Origin: Gemmatimonadota bacterium
GTDB lineage: Bacteria; Gemmatimonadota; Gemmatimonadetes; Longimicrobiales; Gaopeijiaceae
Direction of reading: 5' to 3'
Length of the DNA: 64,000 bases
NCBI GenBank assembly: GCA_034521595.1
Contig: JAXHMG010000003.1
Location: forward strand, 1,152,001-1,216,000
Positions 19,964 to 29,250 of the stretch are shown here, in pieces (within the stretch, counting starts at the first letter, position 1; each line of letters begins with the position of its first letter). The position numbers and the translations under genes are program-made. The notes under the pieces are model-generated. The model was not told the DNA's origin. It ran no database searches and saw only the letters and a program-made list of their open reading frames with translations.

Positions 19964-20968
19964 GTGCGAATCGCACTCGACGCAATGGGGACCGACGACG
20001 CTCCTCGAGCGGAGGTTGCCGGAGCCCTCGAAGCACTGCGGACCTCCGAGGGTGACGTAGAGATCGTCCTCGTCGGGGATCAAGCCGTGATCGAGGAGGA
20101 GCTCAGCCGCCACGGTCGGCGGCCGTCGCGTCTACACATCCGTCACGCACCGGACCGCGTGACCACGACGGATCCGGCGGCATCAGTGCTTCGTAAGAAG
20201 CCCGACTCCTCGATCGCCGTGGGTCTTAGGCTCCAGGACGAAGGAGAAGCCGACGCCTTCGTCAGCGCCGGGTCGACCGGCGCGGTCATGGCGGCCTCGC
20301 TCTTCATCTTGCGACCGCTACCCGGGGTAGCACGCCCGGCCATCGGGACCATCCTGCCGACATCGGACGCTCCCTGCCTCTTGTTGGACGCCGGTGCGAA
20401 CGTGGACTGCAAGCCCCAGCACCTCGTTCAATTCGCCCACCTGGGCCATACGTACGTTCAGGACCTGATGGGCCGGGAGAAGCCTCGCATCGGTTTGCTG
20501 AACATCGGCGAGGAACCGGGAAAAGGGGACGAGCTGACGGTGGAGACGCACCGCCTCCTCAGCGAGGGGTCAGGCCTGAACTTCGTCGGAAACGTCGAAG
20601 GTCGTGACATCATTCGGGGAGTCTCCGACGTCGTTGTCTGTGACGGATTCGTCGGGAACGTGCTCCTCAAGTTCTACGAGTCGGTTGCCGCGTTCATCGT
20701 CGGGCTGCTCAAGGACGAGATCGCAGTGCTGGGCGAGGCGGGGCGAGACCTCGAGCACGTGTTCCGTGTGCTCGACTACGCGGAATACGGCGGTGCACCG
20801 TTGCTGGGCGTGGGCGGAGTGTCGATCATCTGTCACGGTGGTTCGCCACCGAAGGCGATACGGAACGCTTTGGCGGTGGCGGCACGGGCCGTCCGTTCCG
20901 AGATGGTGCGACACACTGCCCACAACCTCTCCGTGGCCGACGAGGGCGGGGAAGGAGTAGCCCCATGA
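19964..20968 (+). CDS. plsX: Phosphate acyltransferase PlsX
   Basis: IALDAMG, SAGSTGA, LLNIGEE..KG, DGFVGN. Confidence 0.96.
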   Translation: MRIALDAMGTDDAPRAEVAGALEALRTSEGDVEIVLVGDQAVIEEELSRHGRRPSRLHIRHAPDRVTTTDPAASVLRKKPDSSIAVGLRLQDEGEADAFVSAGSTGAVMAASLFILRPLPGVARPAIGTILPTSDAPCLLLDAGANVDCKPQHLVQFAHLGHTYVQDLMGREKPRIGLLNIGEEPGKGDELTVETHRLLSEGSGLNFVGNVEGRDIIRGVSDVVVCDGFVGNVLLKFYESVAAFIVGLLKDEIAVLGEAGRDLEHVFRVLDYAEYGGAPLLGVGGVSIICHGGSPPKAIRNALAVAARAVRSEMVRHTAHNLSVADEGGEGVAP

Positions 20969-21957
20969 AGAAGCCCAGCCCGCTGGTCGAGATCTCCGGC
21001 ACGGGTCGGTTCCTCCCGGACCACGTCGTCACCAACGACGAGCTCGCGCGGACGCTGGACACTTCGGACGAATGGATTCGAACCAGGACGGGCATCCGCG
21101 AGCGGCGTGTCGCACCTCGTGAGATGACCGCCGCGGAGATGGGCTCGATATCGGCGCGCAAAGCCATGGAAGAGGCCGGTGTCGAGCCGGGTGAGGTCGA
21201 CATCTTGATCGTCTCCACCGCCACACCCGACCGTCTGCTCCCCTCCACGGCCTGCGACGTGCAGGCCATCCTGGGGTGCTCGAATGCCGTCGCTTTCGAC
21301 CTGAGCGCCGCGTGCACGGGCTTTCTATACGGCCTCAGCATGTCGGAAGGCTACCTCACCGCGGGACGGGGTGACGTCGCCCTGGTCGTATCGACCGAGA
21401 AGATGAGCGCCATCCTTGACTGGGAGGATCGATCCACGGCCGTGCTCTTCGGAGATGGCTCGGCGTCCGCCGTGCTACGACGCAGCGATGGGAGGCGAGG
21501 CATCCTTTCGAGTCACCTCCGCTCCGACGGTAACCTCGCGGAACTTCTCTATCGGCCGGCCGGCGGAGCCATGGAGCCGATGTCCGAGGAGGTGGTCGCA
21601 GGCCGCCGTCACCTGATGCGCATGGAAGGCCGGGAGATCTTCAAGAACGCCGTTCGCTCGATGGCCGAAGGGTGTGACGCCGCGCTCCAACAGGCGGGCC
21701 TGACCTCCGATGACATCGCGCTGCTCGTGCCACACCAGGCCAATATCCGGATCATCCAATCGACGGCAAAGTATGCCGGAATCCCGATGGAGCGCGTCTA
21801 CCTCAACGTCGACCGGTACGGCAACATGAGCTCGGCATCGCTCCCCGTGGCGCTCGACGAGGCTCGGGAAGAGGGTCGCATCCAGGAAGGCGACTATGTG
21901 CTCGCGGTCGCGTTCGGAGCCGGTCTGACCTGGGGTGCGTTGACCATGCGCTGGTGA
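20965..21957 (+). CDS. fabH: 3-oxoacyl-ACP synthase III
   Basis: DTSDEWIRTRTGI, AACTGF, PHQANIRI, YGNMSSAS. Confidence 0.97.
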   Translation: MKKPSPLVEISGTGRFLPDHVVTNDELARTLDTSDEWIRTRTGIRERRVAPREMTAAEMGSISARKAMEEAGVEPGEVDILIVSTATPDRLLPSTACDVQAILGCSNAVAFDLSAACTGFLYGLSMSEGYLTAGRGDVALVVSTEKMSAILDWEDRSTAVLFGDGSASAVLRRSDGRRGILSSHLRSDGNLAELLYRPAGGAMEPMSEEVVAGRRHLMRMEGREIFKNAVRSMAEGCDAALQQAGLTSDDIALLVPHQANIRIIQSTAKYAGIPMERVYLNVDRYGNMSSASLPVALDEAREEGRIQEGDYVLAVAFGAGLTWGALTMRW

Positions 21958-22016
21958 CCCGGCTCCTCTTCTGAATCCCTTCGCACTCGTCTCCCGCCTC
22001 TCATGCCACATTCGTT

Positions 22017-22940
22017 ATGTCCCTAGCGCTCATCTTCCCCGGACAGGGATCCCAGACCGTCGGCATGGCCCGCGCGCTCGTTGAAGCCGAGCCGCTCGCA
22101 GCCGACGTCCTGAGAGAAGCCGACGAGATCCTGGGGGTCGAGCTCTCCGCCCTGATGGCGCATGGACCGGAGGACGAGCTCACCGCGACGAAGAACGCGC
22201 AGCCCGCGCTCCTCGCACACTCGGTGGCCGTGCTACGGGTCGTTCGCGACCGACTGGGGACCGTCTCGGCCGCGGCAGGACACTCGCTCGGAGAGTTCAG
22301 CGCTCACGTGGCCGCGGGAACGCTCGAGTTCGAAGATGCGCTCCGGGCCGTTCGGCTCCGGGGCGAGTTGATGCACGACGCGGGGCTCGAGCGTCCGGGG
22401 ACGATGGCCGCCGTGCTGGGGCTCGACGACGCCACCATCACGGAAGTCTGTGATCGGGTGGACGCCGGCGTGTGCGTCCCGGCCAATTTCAACGCACCCG
22501 GTCAGGTCGTCGTCAGCGGGGACGTCGCGGGAGTGCACCAGCTCGCAGAGATCGCCCCGGAGGCGGGAGCGAAGAAGGTGGTGGTGCTCAACGTCTCGGG
22601 CGCATTCCACTCACCTCTCATGGAGCCCGCCGCCGCCGGATTACGGGCCCACCTCGAAGGGGTCGAGTTTCGGGACCCGGAGGTGCCCGTCGTGTCGAAC
22701 GTGACGGCGGAGCCCGTTGCATCGGGCGCGGCGGCGCGCGACATGTTGATCCGCCAGCTGACGGCACCGGTACGGTGGAGCGGATCGATCCGCACGATGA
22801 TCGAAGACGGGATCGACCGTTTCATGGAGCTGGGCCCGGGCAAAGTCCTGTCGGGCCTCAATCGTCGGAACGCCAAGGGGCTGCCGTCGGTGAGCATCGG
22901 CGAGCCCGAAGACATCGCCCGGCTGGAGGAGATGCAGTGA
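22017..22940 (+). CDS. fabD: Malonyl-CoA:ACP transacylase
   Basis: FPGQGSQ, GHSLGE, SGAFHS. Confidence 0.97.
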   Translation: MSLALIFPGQGSQTVGMARALVEAEPLAADVLREADEILGVELSALMAHGPEDELTATKNAQPALLAHSVAVLRVVRDRLGTVSAAAGHSLGEFSAHVAAGTLEFEDALRAVRLRGELMHDAGLERPGTMAAVLGLDDATITEVCDRVDAGVCVPANFNAPGQVVVSGDVAGVHQLAEIAPEAGAKKVVVLNVSGAFHSPLMEPAAAGLRAHLEGVEFRDPEVPVVSNVTAEPVASGAAARDMLIRQLTAPVRWSGSIRTMIEDGIDRFMELGPGKVLSGLNRRNAKGLPSVSIGEPEDIARLEEMQ

Positions 22941-23680
22941 GCGATAGGGAGCTCGAAGGGAAGGTTGCGCTCGTGACCGGAGGGTCGCGCGGCATCGGTC
23001 TCGCGATCGCGAAGGCCATGGCCGACGGGGGCGCCACGGTCGCGGTCCTCGGACGGAACGGGGAGCGGGCCCAATCAGCCGCGACCGACCTGCCGGGGGA
23101 CGGCCACGCGGGATACGCCTGTGATGTCAGCGTGTCCGACCAGGTCAAGAACACGCTGGCGCGCATCGAGGAAGATCTCGGACCCGTGGACATCTTGATC
23201 AACAACGCGGGCGTCACCCGAGACAACATCCTCCTCCGGATGAAGGACGAGGAGTTCGACGACGTCATCGCGGCCAATCTCAAGGGTCCGTTCCTCTTCA
23301 TGCGTGCGGTCGCGCGAGGAATGATGAAGCGCCGGAGCGGTGTGATCTTGAACATCACGTCCATCGTGGGGCTCACGGGCAATGCCGGTCAGGCGAACTA
23401 TGCCGCATCCAAGGCCGGCCTGGGCGCGTTGACCAAGAGCGTTGCGAAGGAGCTCGCGTCCCGGGGCATCCGCTGCAACGCACTCGCACCGGGGTTCATC
23501 CGCACGGACATGACGGACGAGCTCAGCGACACACAGGTGGAGAACCTGCGCTCGTCCATCCCGATGGGAAGCCTCGGGGAGCCCGAGGACGTCGCCGAGG
23601 TAGCGCGGTTTCTCGTAGGTCCTGGAGCGCGCTACATTACCGGCCAGATTCTGACCGTCGACGGCGGCATGGTCATGTAG
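22937..23680 (+). CDS. fabG: 3-oxoacyl-ACP reductase
   Basis: GTG overlapping fabD stop; TGGSRGIG, NNAGVTRD, YAASK. Confidence 0.96.
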   Translation: MSDRELEGKVALVTGGSRGIGLAIAKAMADGGATVAVLGRNGERAQSAATDLPGDGHAGYACDVSVSDQVKNTLARIEEDLGPVDILINNAGVTRDNILLRMKDEEFDDVIAANLKGPFLFMRAVARGMMKRRSGVILNITSIVGLTGNAGQANYAASKAGLGALTKSVAKELASRGIRCNALAPGFIRTDMTDELSDTQVENLRSSIPMGSLGEPEDVAEVARFLVGPGARYITGQILTVDGGMVM

Positions 23681-23737
23681 GAGAGTGGTACCTTACACGA
23701 ACTGCAGCATCTTCATACTTACTTACCAGGAGGAGAC

Positions 23738-23980
23738 ATGAGTGAGCCCACCGAGGCCCGGGTCCGCGAGATCATCGTCAACGAGCTGGGTGTCGAGCCC
23801 GAGAAGGTCACCAACGACGCATCCTTTGTCGAAGACCTCGGGGCGGACTCGCTCGACACGGTCGAGCTCGTGATGGCGTTCGAGGAGGAGTTCGGGGTGG
23901 ACATTCCGGACGAAGACGCGGAGCAGATGAGGACGGTCGGACACGCGATCGACTACCTCAAGAAGAACACCGACGGCTAA
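23738..23980 (+). CDS. acpP: Acyl carrier protein
   Basis: [26 protein letters not shown] Shine-Dalgarno upstream. Confidence 0.98.
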   Translation: MSEPTEARVREIIVNELGVEPEKVTNDASFVEDLGADSLDTVELVMAFEEEFGVDIPDEDAEQMRTVGHAIDYLKKNTDG

Positions 23981-24004
23981 CGCCAAGCGCCATACCTGAA
24001 CGGG

Positions 24005-25276
24005 ATGACGATGGGCAAGAGACAGGACGCGGGTCCTCGACGGGTCGTGGTCACCGGCATGGGCGTGGTCTCGCCGGTGGGCAACGATGTGCCATCGATG
24101 TGGCACAGCCTCGTGAACGGCGTGAGTGGGGGTGGCCCCGTCACACACTGGGACGCGACGGAGGACTTCGCGTGTCGGATCGCCTGCGAGGTGCACGACT
24201 TCGACCCGCTGGATTACATGGACAAGCGCGAGGCCCGGCGCCACGACCGCGTTTCACAGTTCGCGATCGCGGCGTCGGGCGAAGCTCTAGAGGCCGCAGG
24301 GCTGAGCGCCCTCCCTGAGTCGATCGACGCCACCCGGGTCGGCGTCGTTTTCGGCAGCGGCATCGGGGGCATCGCTACGTTCGAGGAGCAACACAAGAAG
24401 CTCCTCGAGCAGGGACCCAACCGGGTCAGCCCGTTCTTCATCCCGATGTTCATCCCGGACATCTCCGCCGGGCTCATCTCGATCCGGTGGGGCCTACGAG
24501 GACCGAATTACGCGACCGTGTCGGCATGCGCTTCTTCCGCCCACGCGATCGGCGACGCGGCGCGCCACATCCGCTACGGGGATGCCGACATCATGGTCGC
24601 AGGCGGTGCCGAAGCAACGATCACGCCCATGACCTTCGCCGGGTTTTCGGCGATGAAGGCGATGTCGACCCGTAACGACGAGCCCGAAACCGCCAGTCGC
24701 CCGTTTTCGGCGGACCGCGACGGCTTCGTCATGGGGGAAGGGGCGGGGGCCCTGATCCTCGAGTCGCTCGAGCACGCTCAGAAGCGTGGCGCAGAGATCC
24801 TGGGCGAAGTCGCGGGCTACGGCTTGTCCGGAGACGCGCACCACATCACCTCACCGCCTCCCGAAGGTGAGGGGGCACAGGCCGCCATGAGCATGGCGCT
24901 GACGGACTCCGGAGCGTCGGCCGACGAAGTCGATTACGTCAACGCGCACGGAACGTCGACCATGGCCGACGCGATCGAGACGCACGCCATCAAGGAGGTC
25001 CTCGGCGCCCGCGCCCGTGACATCGTGGTCGGATCGACGAAAGGCGCGACCGGGCATCTTCTCGGAGCTGCCGGGGCGCTCGAAGCGATCGCCTCGATCA
25101 TGACCTGCCGCACCGCGAAGATCCCGCCCACGATCAACTACCAGGGACCCGACCCCGCCTGTGACCTCGAGTACGCACACGGCGGAGTGATCGAACGATC
25201 GGTCGGACTCGTCCTGTCGAACTCGTTCGGTTTCGGAGGGCACAACGCATGCTTGGCGCTCCGCCGGTGGGCCTGA
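24005..25276 (+). CDS. fabF: 3-oxoacyl-ACP synthase II
   Basis: RRVVVTGMG, SACASS, NAHGTST, SNSFGFGGHN. Confidence 0.97.
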   Translation: MTMGKRQDAGPRRVVVTGMGVVSPVGNDVPSMWHSLVNGVSGGGPVTHWDATEDFACRIACEVHDFDPLDYMDKREARRHDRVSQFAIAASGEALEAAGLSALPESIDATRVGVVFGSGIGGIATFEEQHKKLLEQGPNRVSPFFIPMFIPDISAGLISIRWGLRGPNYATVSACASSAHAIGDAARHIRYGDADIMVAGGAEATITPMTFAGFSAMKAMSTRNDEPETASRPFSADRDGFVMGEGAGALILESLEHAQKRGAEILGEVAGYGLSGDAHHITSPPPEGEGAQAAMSMALTDSGASADEVDYVNAHGTSTMADAIETHAIKEVLGARARDIVVGSTKGATGHLLGAAGALEAIASIMTCRTAKIPPTINYQGPDPACDLEYAHGGVIERSVGLVLSNSFGFGGHNACLALRRWA

Positions 25277-25370
25277 TCCCGATCGGATCCGGAGATTCCG
25301 ACGCTCCGGCAGGTGGCAACCGCGGCGGAACGGGCTTCGGGGAGCATATTCTACCGGCCACCACCGCCGC

Positions 25371-25871
25371 ATGACGGTCACGAGGGTAGGTGTCGGATAC
25401 GATTCCCACCGCTTCGATCCGGACCGTCCGCTCGTCATCGGAGGCGTCACGATACCGGACGAGCCGGGACTCACGGGCCATTCGGACGGGGACGCGGTCG
25501 CGCACGCCGTGACCGACGCGATCCTTGGCGCCGGCGGAGCCGGTGACATCGGCTCGTATTTTCCGCCGGACGACGAACGGTGGAAGGACGCGGACTCCAT
25601 CGAGCTGCTGGCCCGGGCCGCGGAGGTCGTACGGGCGGGCGGATTTCAGGTTGTCAACGTGGACGTCACGGTGATCTGTGAACAGCCACGGATCGGCCCT
25701 CACTCCGCGGCGATGTGCCGACGCTTGGCTGAAGCCATGGGTGTCGTCCCGGGTGTGGTATCGGTGAAGGGCAAGACGAATGAGGGGATGGGGTGGATCG
25801 GGCGTGGCGAAGGGGTCGCCGTCCACGCGGTCGCCCTGATCGGCCGGGAGGGACCCGACCGAGGTCGGTGA
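25371..25871 (+). CDS. ispF: 2-C-methyl-D-erythritol 2,4-cyclodiphosphate synthase
   Basis: RVGVGYDSHRF, GHSDGD...HAVTDAILGA, VKGKTNEG. Confidence 0.95.
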   Translation: MTVTRVGVGYDSHRFDPDRPLVIGGVTIPDEPGLTGHSDGDAVAHAVTDAILGAGGAGDIGSYFPPDDERWKDADSIELLARAAEVVRAGGFQVVNVDVTVICEQPRIGPHSAAMCRRLAEAMGVVPGVVSVKGKTNEGMGWIGRGEGVAVHAVALIGREGPDRGR

Positions 25872-25910
25872 TTTCCACGGACGCCGTCGCATCCGGACCC
25901 GGAGCGGTCG

Positions 25911-26522
25911 ATGAACGAGTTCCTCCAGTGGATGCTGGGAATTCCGCGAGGCGTGACCTACGCACTGCTCGCGACGGGGGCGGCGTTGGAGAATGTCGTG
26001 CCCGCCATACCGGCCGATACGTTCGTCGCCCTCGGTGGCCTTCTTACCGTCGTCGGAACGCTGGACGCCCGCGTCATCTTCGTCTCTACCTGGATCGCGA
26101 ACGTCGGCTCGGCCCTCTTCATGTACCGGATGGGACACAAACACGGCCGCGGATTCTTCGAGACGGGGTGGGGCAGCCGGTTGCTCGCGCCCCACCAGAT
26201 GGAGCGAATGGAGGTCTTCTACGCGCGCTGGGGCGTGCTGGCCATCTTCTTCACCCGCTTTCTTCCGGGCCTCAGAGCCATCGTCCCCGTCTTCGCCGGC
26301 GTGACGCACCACGGTTTCCTCCCGGTCGCGATTCCCCTGTCGGTGGCGTCCGCGCTCTGGTACGGGGGATTGGTTTGGCTGGGTGCGTTCGCGGGAAGGA
26401 ATCTCTCCTTGCTCGCTGCGCTCCTCGATCGGCTGAACAGCGTTCTCGGTCTTGCCGCGCTCGTGATCGGAGCCGGTGTGGCGCTGTGGTGGTGGAAGTC
26501 CCGCCATCCCCCGCATGAGTGA
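25911..26522 (+). CDS. DedA family membrane protein
   Basis: LENVVPAIPAD, G..AIFFTRFLPGLR, AGV motifs. Confidence 0.88.
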   Translation: MNEFLQWMLGIPRGVTYALLATGAALENVVPAIPADTFVALGGLLTVVGTLDARVIFVSTWIANVGSALFMYRMGHKHGRGFFETGWGSRLLAPHQMERMEVFYARWGVLAIFFTRFLPGLRAIVPVFAGVTHHGFLPVAIPLSVASALWYGGLVWLGAFAGRNLSLLAALLDRLNSVLGLAALVIGAGVALWWWKSRHPPHE

Positions 26523-27417
26523 GCGAGACCGGGCGTTTCGCGCCGAGCAGTTTCGGGACTACCTCGCGTTCGAGCGGGGACTGTCCGCCCGCACGGTGGA
26601 AGGATACCAGCGCGACCTGCGAAAGCTCTTCGCGCACCTCGTGTCCGAAGGCGTCACGCGACCGGAAGACGTCTCGCCGAAGCATGTCCGGACATGGATC
26701 TATGCCCTCCGTGAAGACGGTCTCGCCGCCACGTCGGTTCGTCGGGCCCGTTCGGCCGCCCGCACGTATTTCAGCTTTCTGTTGGCGGAAGGCTACATTG
26801 CCGCCGACCCGACCGAGCACCTGGCGGCACCGAGAGTCGAGCGGAAGTTGCCCGATCATCTCACCGTGGAAGAGGTCGGGCGGCTTCTCGAAGCGCCCGA
26901 CCCCGGCCACCCGCTCCACTGGCGCGATCGAGCTATCCTGGAGTTCCTCTATGCGACGGGCGTCCGAGTCTCGGAGCTTACGGAACTGCCGCTCACCCTG
27001 GTCGATCTCGACGAGGGTTTCGCCACGGTGTACGGGAAAGGCTCCAAGGAACGGCTCGTCCCCGTCGGCACACCCGCGCTTACCGCGCTCCGTCGTTACC
27101 TCACCGACGTCCGCCCGACGCTCGACCGGGGCATGGGGTTGGGCAAGGTCTTTCTGAGCGCACGGGGGCGTCCCCTCCGCCGAGAGTCGGTCTGGAGAGT
27201 GGTTCGGCACGCCGCTCGACGTGCCGGCCTCCGGCGCGACATCTCACCGCATACCCTGAGACACACCTTCGCGACCCACCTGGTGGAGGGTGGTGCCGAC
27301 CTGGCCGCAGTGCAGGAGCTCCTCGGGCACGTCGACATCTCGACCACGGAAATCTACACTCACGTGGACCGGCAATATCTACGGGACATGCACCGGAGAT
27401 TCCACCCGCGGCGGTGA
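26515..27417 (+). CDS. xerD: Tyrosine recombinase XerD-like
   Basis: ERGLSARTVEGY, RDRAILEFLYATGVRVSEL, GKGSKER, PHTLRHTFATHL, LGH, TTEIYTH, HPR end; ATG at 26515. Confidence 0.88.
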   Translation: MSERDRAFRAEQFRDYLAFERGLSARTVEGYQRDLRKLFAHLVSEGVTRPEDVSPKHVRTWIYALREDGLAATSVRRARSAARTYFSFLLAEGYIAADPTEHLAAPRVERKLPDHLTVEEVGRLLEAPDPGHPLHWRDRAILEFLYATGVRVSELTELPLTLVDLDEGFATVYGKGSKERLVPVGTPALTALRRYLTDVRPTLDRGMGLGKVFLSARGRPLRRESVWRVVRHAARRAGLRRDISPHTLRHTFATHLVEGGADLAAVQELLGHVDISTTEIYTHVDRQYLRDMHRRFHPRR

Positions 27418-27508
27418 GCTGCATGCTCCTGCCCCGACGCGTATCCGGCGTCCCAGGGCGCGCGGGGGTTGGCCGTGCCGATATCGCGCGAGCTTCTTCA
27501 GCGACCGT

Positions 27509-29110
27509 TCAGTGCGACCGGGACTGCGCTCCGTGTGCGGTTTCGGCCTCCCGCTCCTCGTCCACGACCGAGAACAGCTCCGCCTGGGTGCTCGCCGCGG
27601 TCAGAAGCCTCACCGCCTCCTGGAGCACGGGATCGCGTTCTCGACGCAGATCCGCCTCGGCCCCGAGATCGTCCATCCGCTGAGCAACGGCCACCCGCAC
27701 GCGCCAATCGAGGTAGCTTTGAACGTCGGGATCCTCGAGTAACTCCGGATCCAGTCCTTCCTCGACCAGCGACTCCCGGAACGCCTCCGTCTCGGAATCC
27801 GTGACCCGTGGTGGATCACCCGAGTCGAGCCGCTGGGTCGCGACGTCCAAGGCATATTCGACGATCCGCTGGTTGAGCGGAAACTCGTCGTCGACCGCCT
27901 TCTGGAGGAAGGCCTGCTCCGCGGTTTTCAGCGTGTCGTCGGCCAGGGGGAGATCGGGAAATATGCCGCCGCCGTCCACCAGCGTTCGTCCCTCCGGCGT
28001 GGTCACACGGCGGAGGGTGTCGACATCCTCTTCGAGCGGCCTCATCTCGTTGTCGCGCTCCCGCTGGAGCGAGCGCCCGAGCGGGGTCAGCCACGATCCG
28101 GTCGTGAACCGCAGGCGCCTCCCGTGGGGAAGCGGCATCACCGTCTGCACGACTCCCTTTCCGAACGTTCGCTGCCCCAGAACCAGCGCACGGTCGTAGT
28201 CCTGGAGCGCGCCGGCCAGAATCTCGGCCCCCGAGGCCGTGTACTCGTCCACCAAGATGATGATCGGCAGGTCGGGCACGAGCTGAGGCCAACGGTCGGT
28301 GAAGGAGTCGGTTTCCGGATCGTCCGCCGGGCTGCCGGGGTTCCTCTGCACCGTGCTGGCCAATGTCGACCCGGGCTCGAGGAAGAGGTCCGCGAGCATG
28401 AGTGATTCATCGAGGAAGCCGCCCGGGTTGCGGCGGAGATCGATGATCAAGCCCCGCTGGTCACCGAGCTCGTGCAGGGCTTCGTTCATCTCCTGCGCGG
28501 CATTTCGCGCGACCCTATCCATTCCGACGTACCCGATCCCGCCTTCGAGCACGCCGTAGCTGACGGCGGGCATGTGCACCTCTTCCCGCGTGATGTCGAA
28601 CGAGAAGGGTTCGTCGTATCCTTTTCGGAGCACATCGACGTGCACCTCGGTTCCCTCCGGCCCGCGGATCGAATCGGCCGTCATGCCGGTGCTCCAGTCC
28701 GAGGCGTCGTGCCCGTTTACGCCAACGATCACGTCGCCGACCTGGATACCCATCTCGCTGGCGGGAAAGCCCCGGAACACTCCAGTGACGGTCACCGCCT
28801 CGTTCAGCAGCGTGATCTGGAGGCCGATGCCGGAGTAGTTACCGGTGGTGGCCTCTTCCCACTCGTCCGCCTCCTCGGGCGTGAAGATCTCCGCGTAGGG
28901 GTCGTCGAGCGCGGCGATCAAGCCGTCGATCGCGCCTTCCCAGAGCAGCGAATCGTCGAACTCCTCCATGTGCATGGACGAGATCGCGTCGATCGCGTCG
29001 GTGAGGACGGCCGGTCCGGACGCCTGAGACGAGTCGGACTGCTGGGCGGATAGCCCGGCCGTGCCCACGGCGAGGAGAAGCGCGAGTGTCGAGGAAGTTC
29101 GGATCTTCAT
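27509..29110 (-). CDS. S41A family C-terminal processing protease (PDZ domain, signal peptide)
   Basis: LDDPY, GIGL PDZ, DLRRNPGG, TASGAE Ser and TFGKG Lys. Confidence 0.93.
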   Translation of the reverse strand: MKIRTSSTLALLLAVGTAGLSAQQSDSSQASGPAVLTDAIDAISSMHMEEFDDSLLWEGAIDGLIAALDDPYAEIFTPEEADEWEEATTGNYSGIGLQITLLNEAVTVTGVFRGFPASEMGIQVGDVIVGVNGHDASDWSTGMTADSIRGPEGTEVHVDVLRKGYDEPFSFDITREEVHMPAVSYGVLEGGIGYVGMDRVARNAAQEMNEALHELGDQRGLIIDLRRNPGGFLDESLMLADLFLEPGSTLASTVQRNPGSPADDPETDSFTDRWPQLVPDLPIIILVDEYTASGAEILAGALQDYDRALVLGQRTFGKGVVQTVMPLPHGRRLRFTTGSWLTPLGRSLQRERDNEMRPLEEDVDTLRRVTTPEGRTLVDGGGIFPDLPLADDTLKTAEQAFLQKAVDDEFPLNQRIVEYALDVATQRLDSGDPPRVTDSETEAFRESLVEEGLDPELLEDPDVQSYLDWRVRVAVAQRMDDLGAEADLRRERDPVLQEAVRLLTAASTQAELFSVVDEEREAETAHGAQSRSH

Positions 29111-29191
29111 GAGGTACCCTTACGTCTTACGGTTCACTCCGGAGTCATCTAACCCCTCGAGGGACCTGCTCGTTCCGCCCTGTCGAGCGGT

Positions 29192-29208
29192 TTGGCGGAT
29201 GCACTGCA
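29192..29208 (+). promoter_or_regulatory. Weaker sigma54-like -24/-12 element facing nadE
   Basis: TTGGCGGATGCACTGCA, GG-N10-GC spacing but CT instead of TT before GC. Confidence 0.35.
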
Positions 29209-29221
29209 ACCCTTGCGCCAA
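29205..29221 (-). promoter_or_regulatory. Putative sigma54 -24/-12 promoter for the S41 protease
   Basis: Minus strand TTGGCGCAAGGGTTGCA = GG-N10-GC with TTGCA. Confidence 0.6.
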
Positions 29222-29250
29222 ACAGATACCTTTCCGTCGTTGCTCGCAAC

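Noticed and set aside
26515..27417. Tyrosine recombinase as a prophage or island integrase
   Set aside because: XerD-like length and motifs, housekeeping neighbours, no att sites or cargo seen
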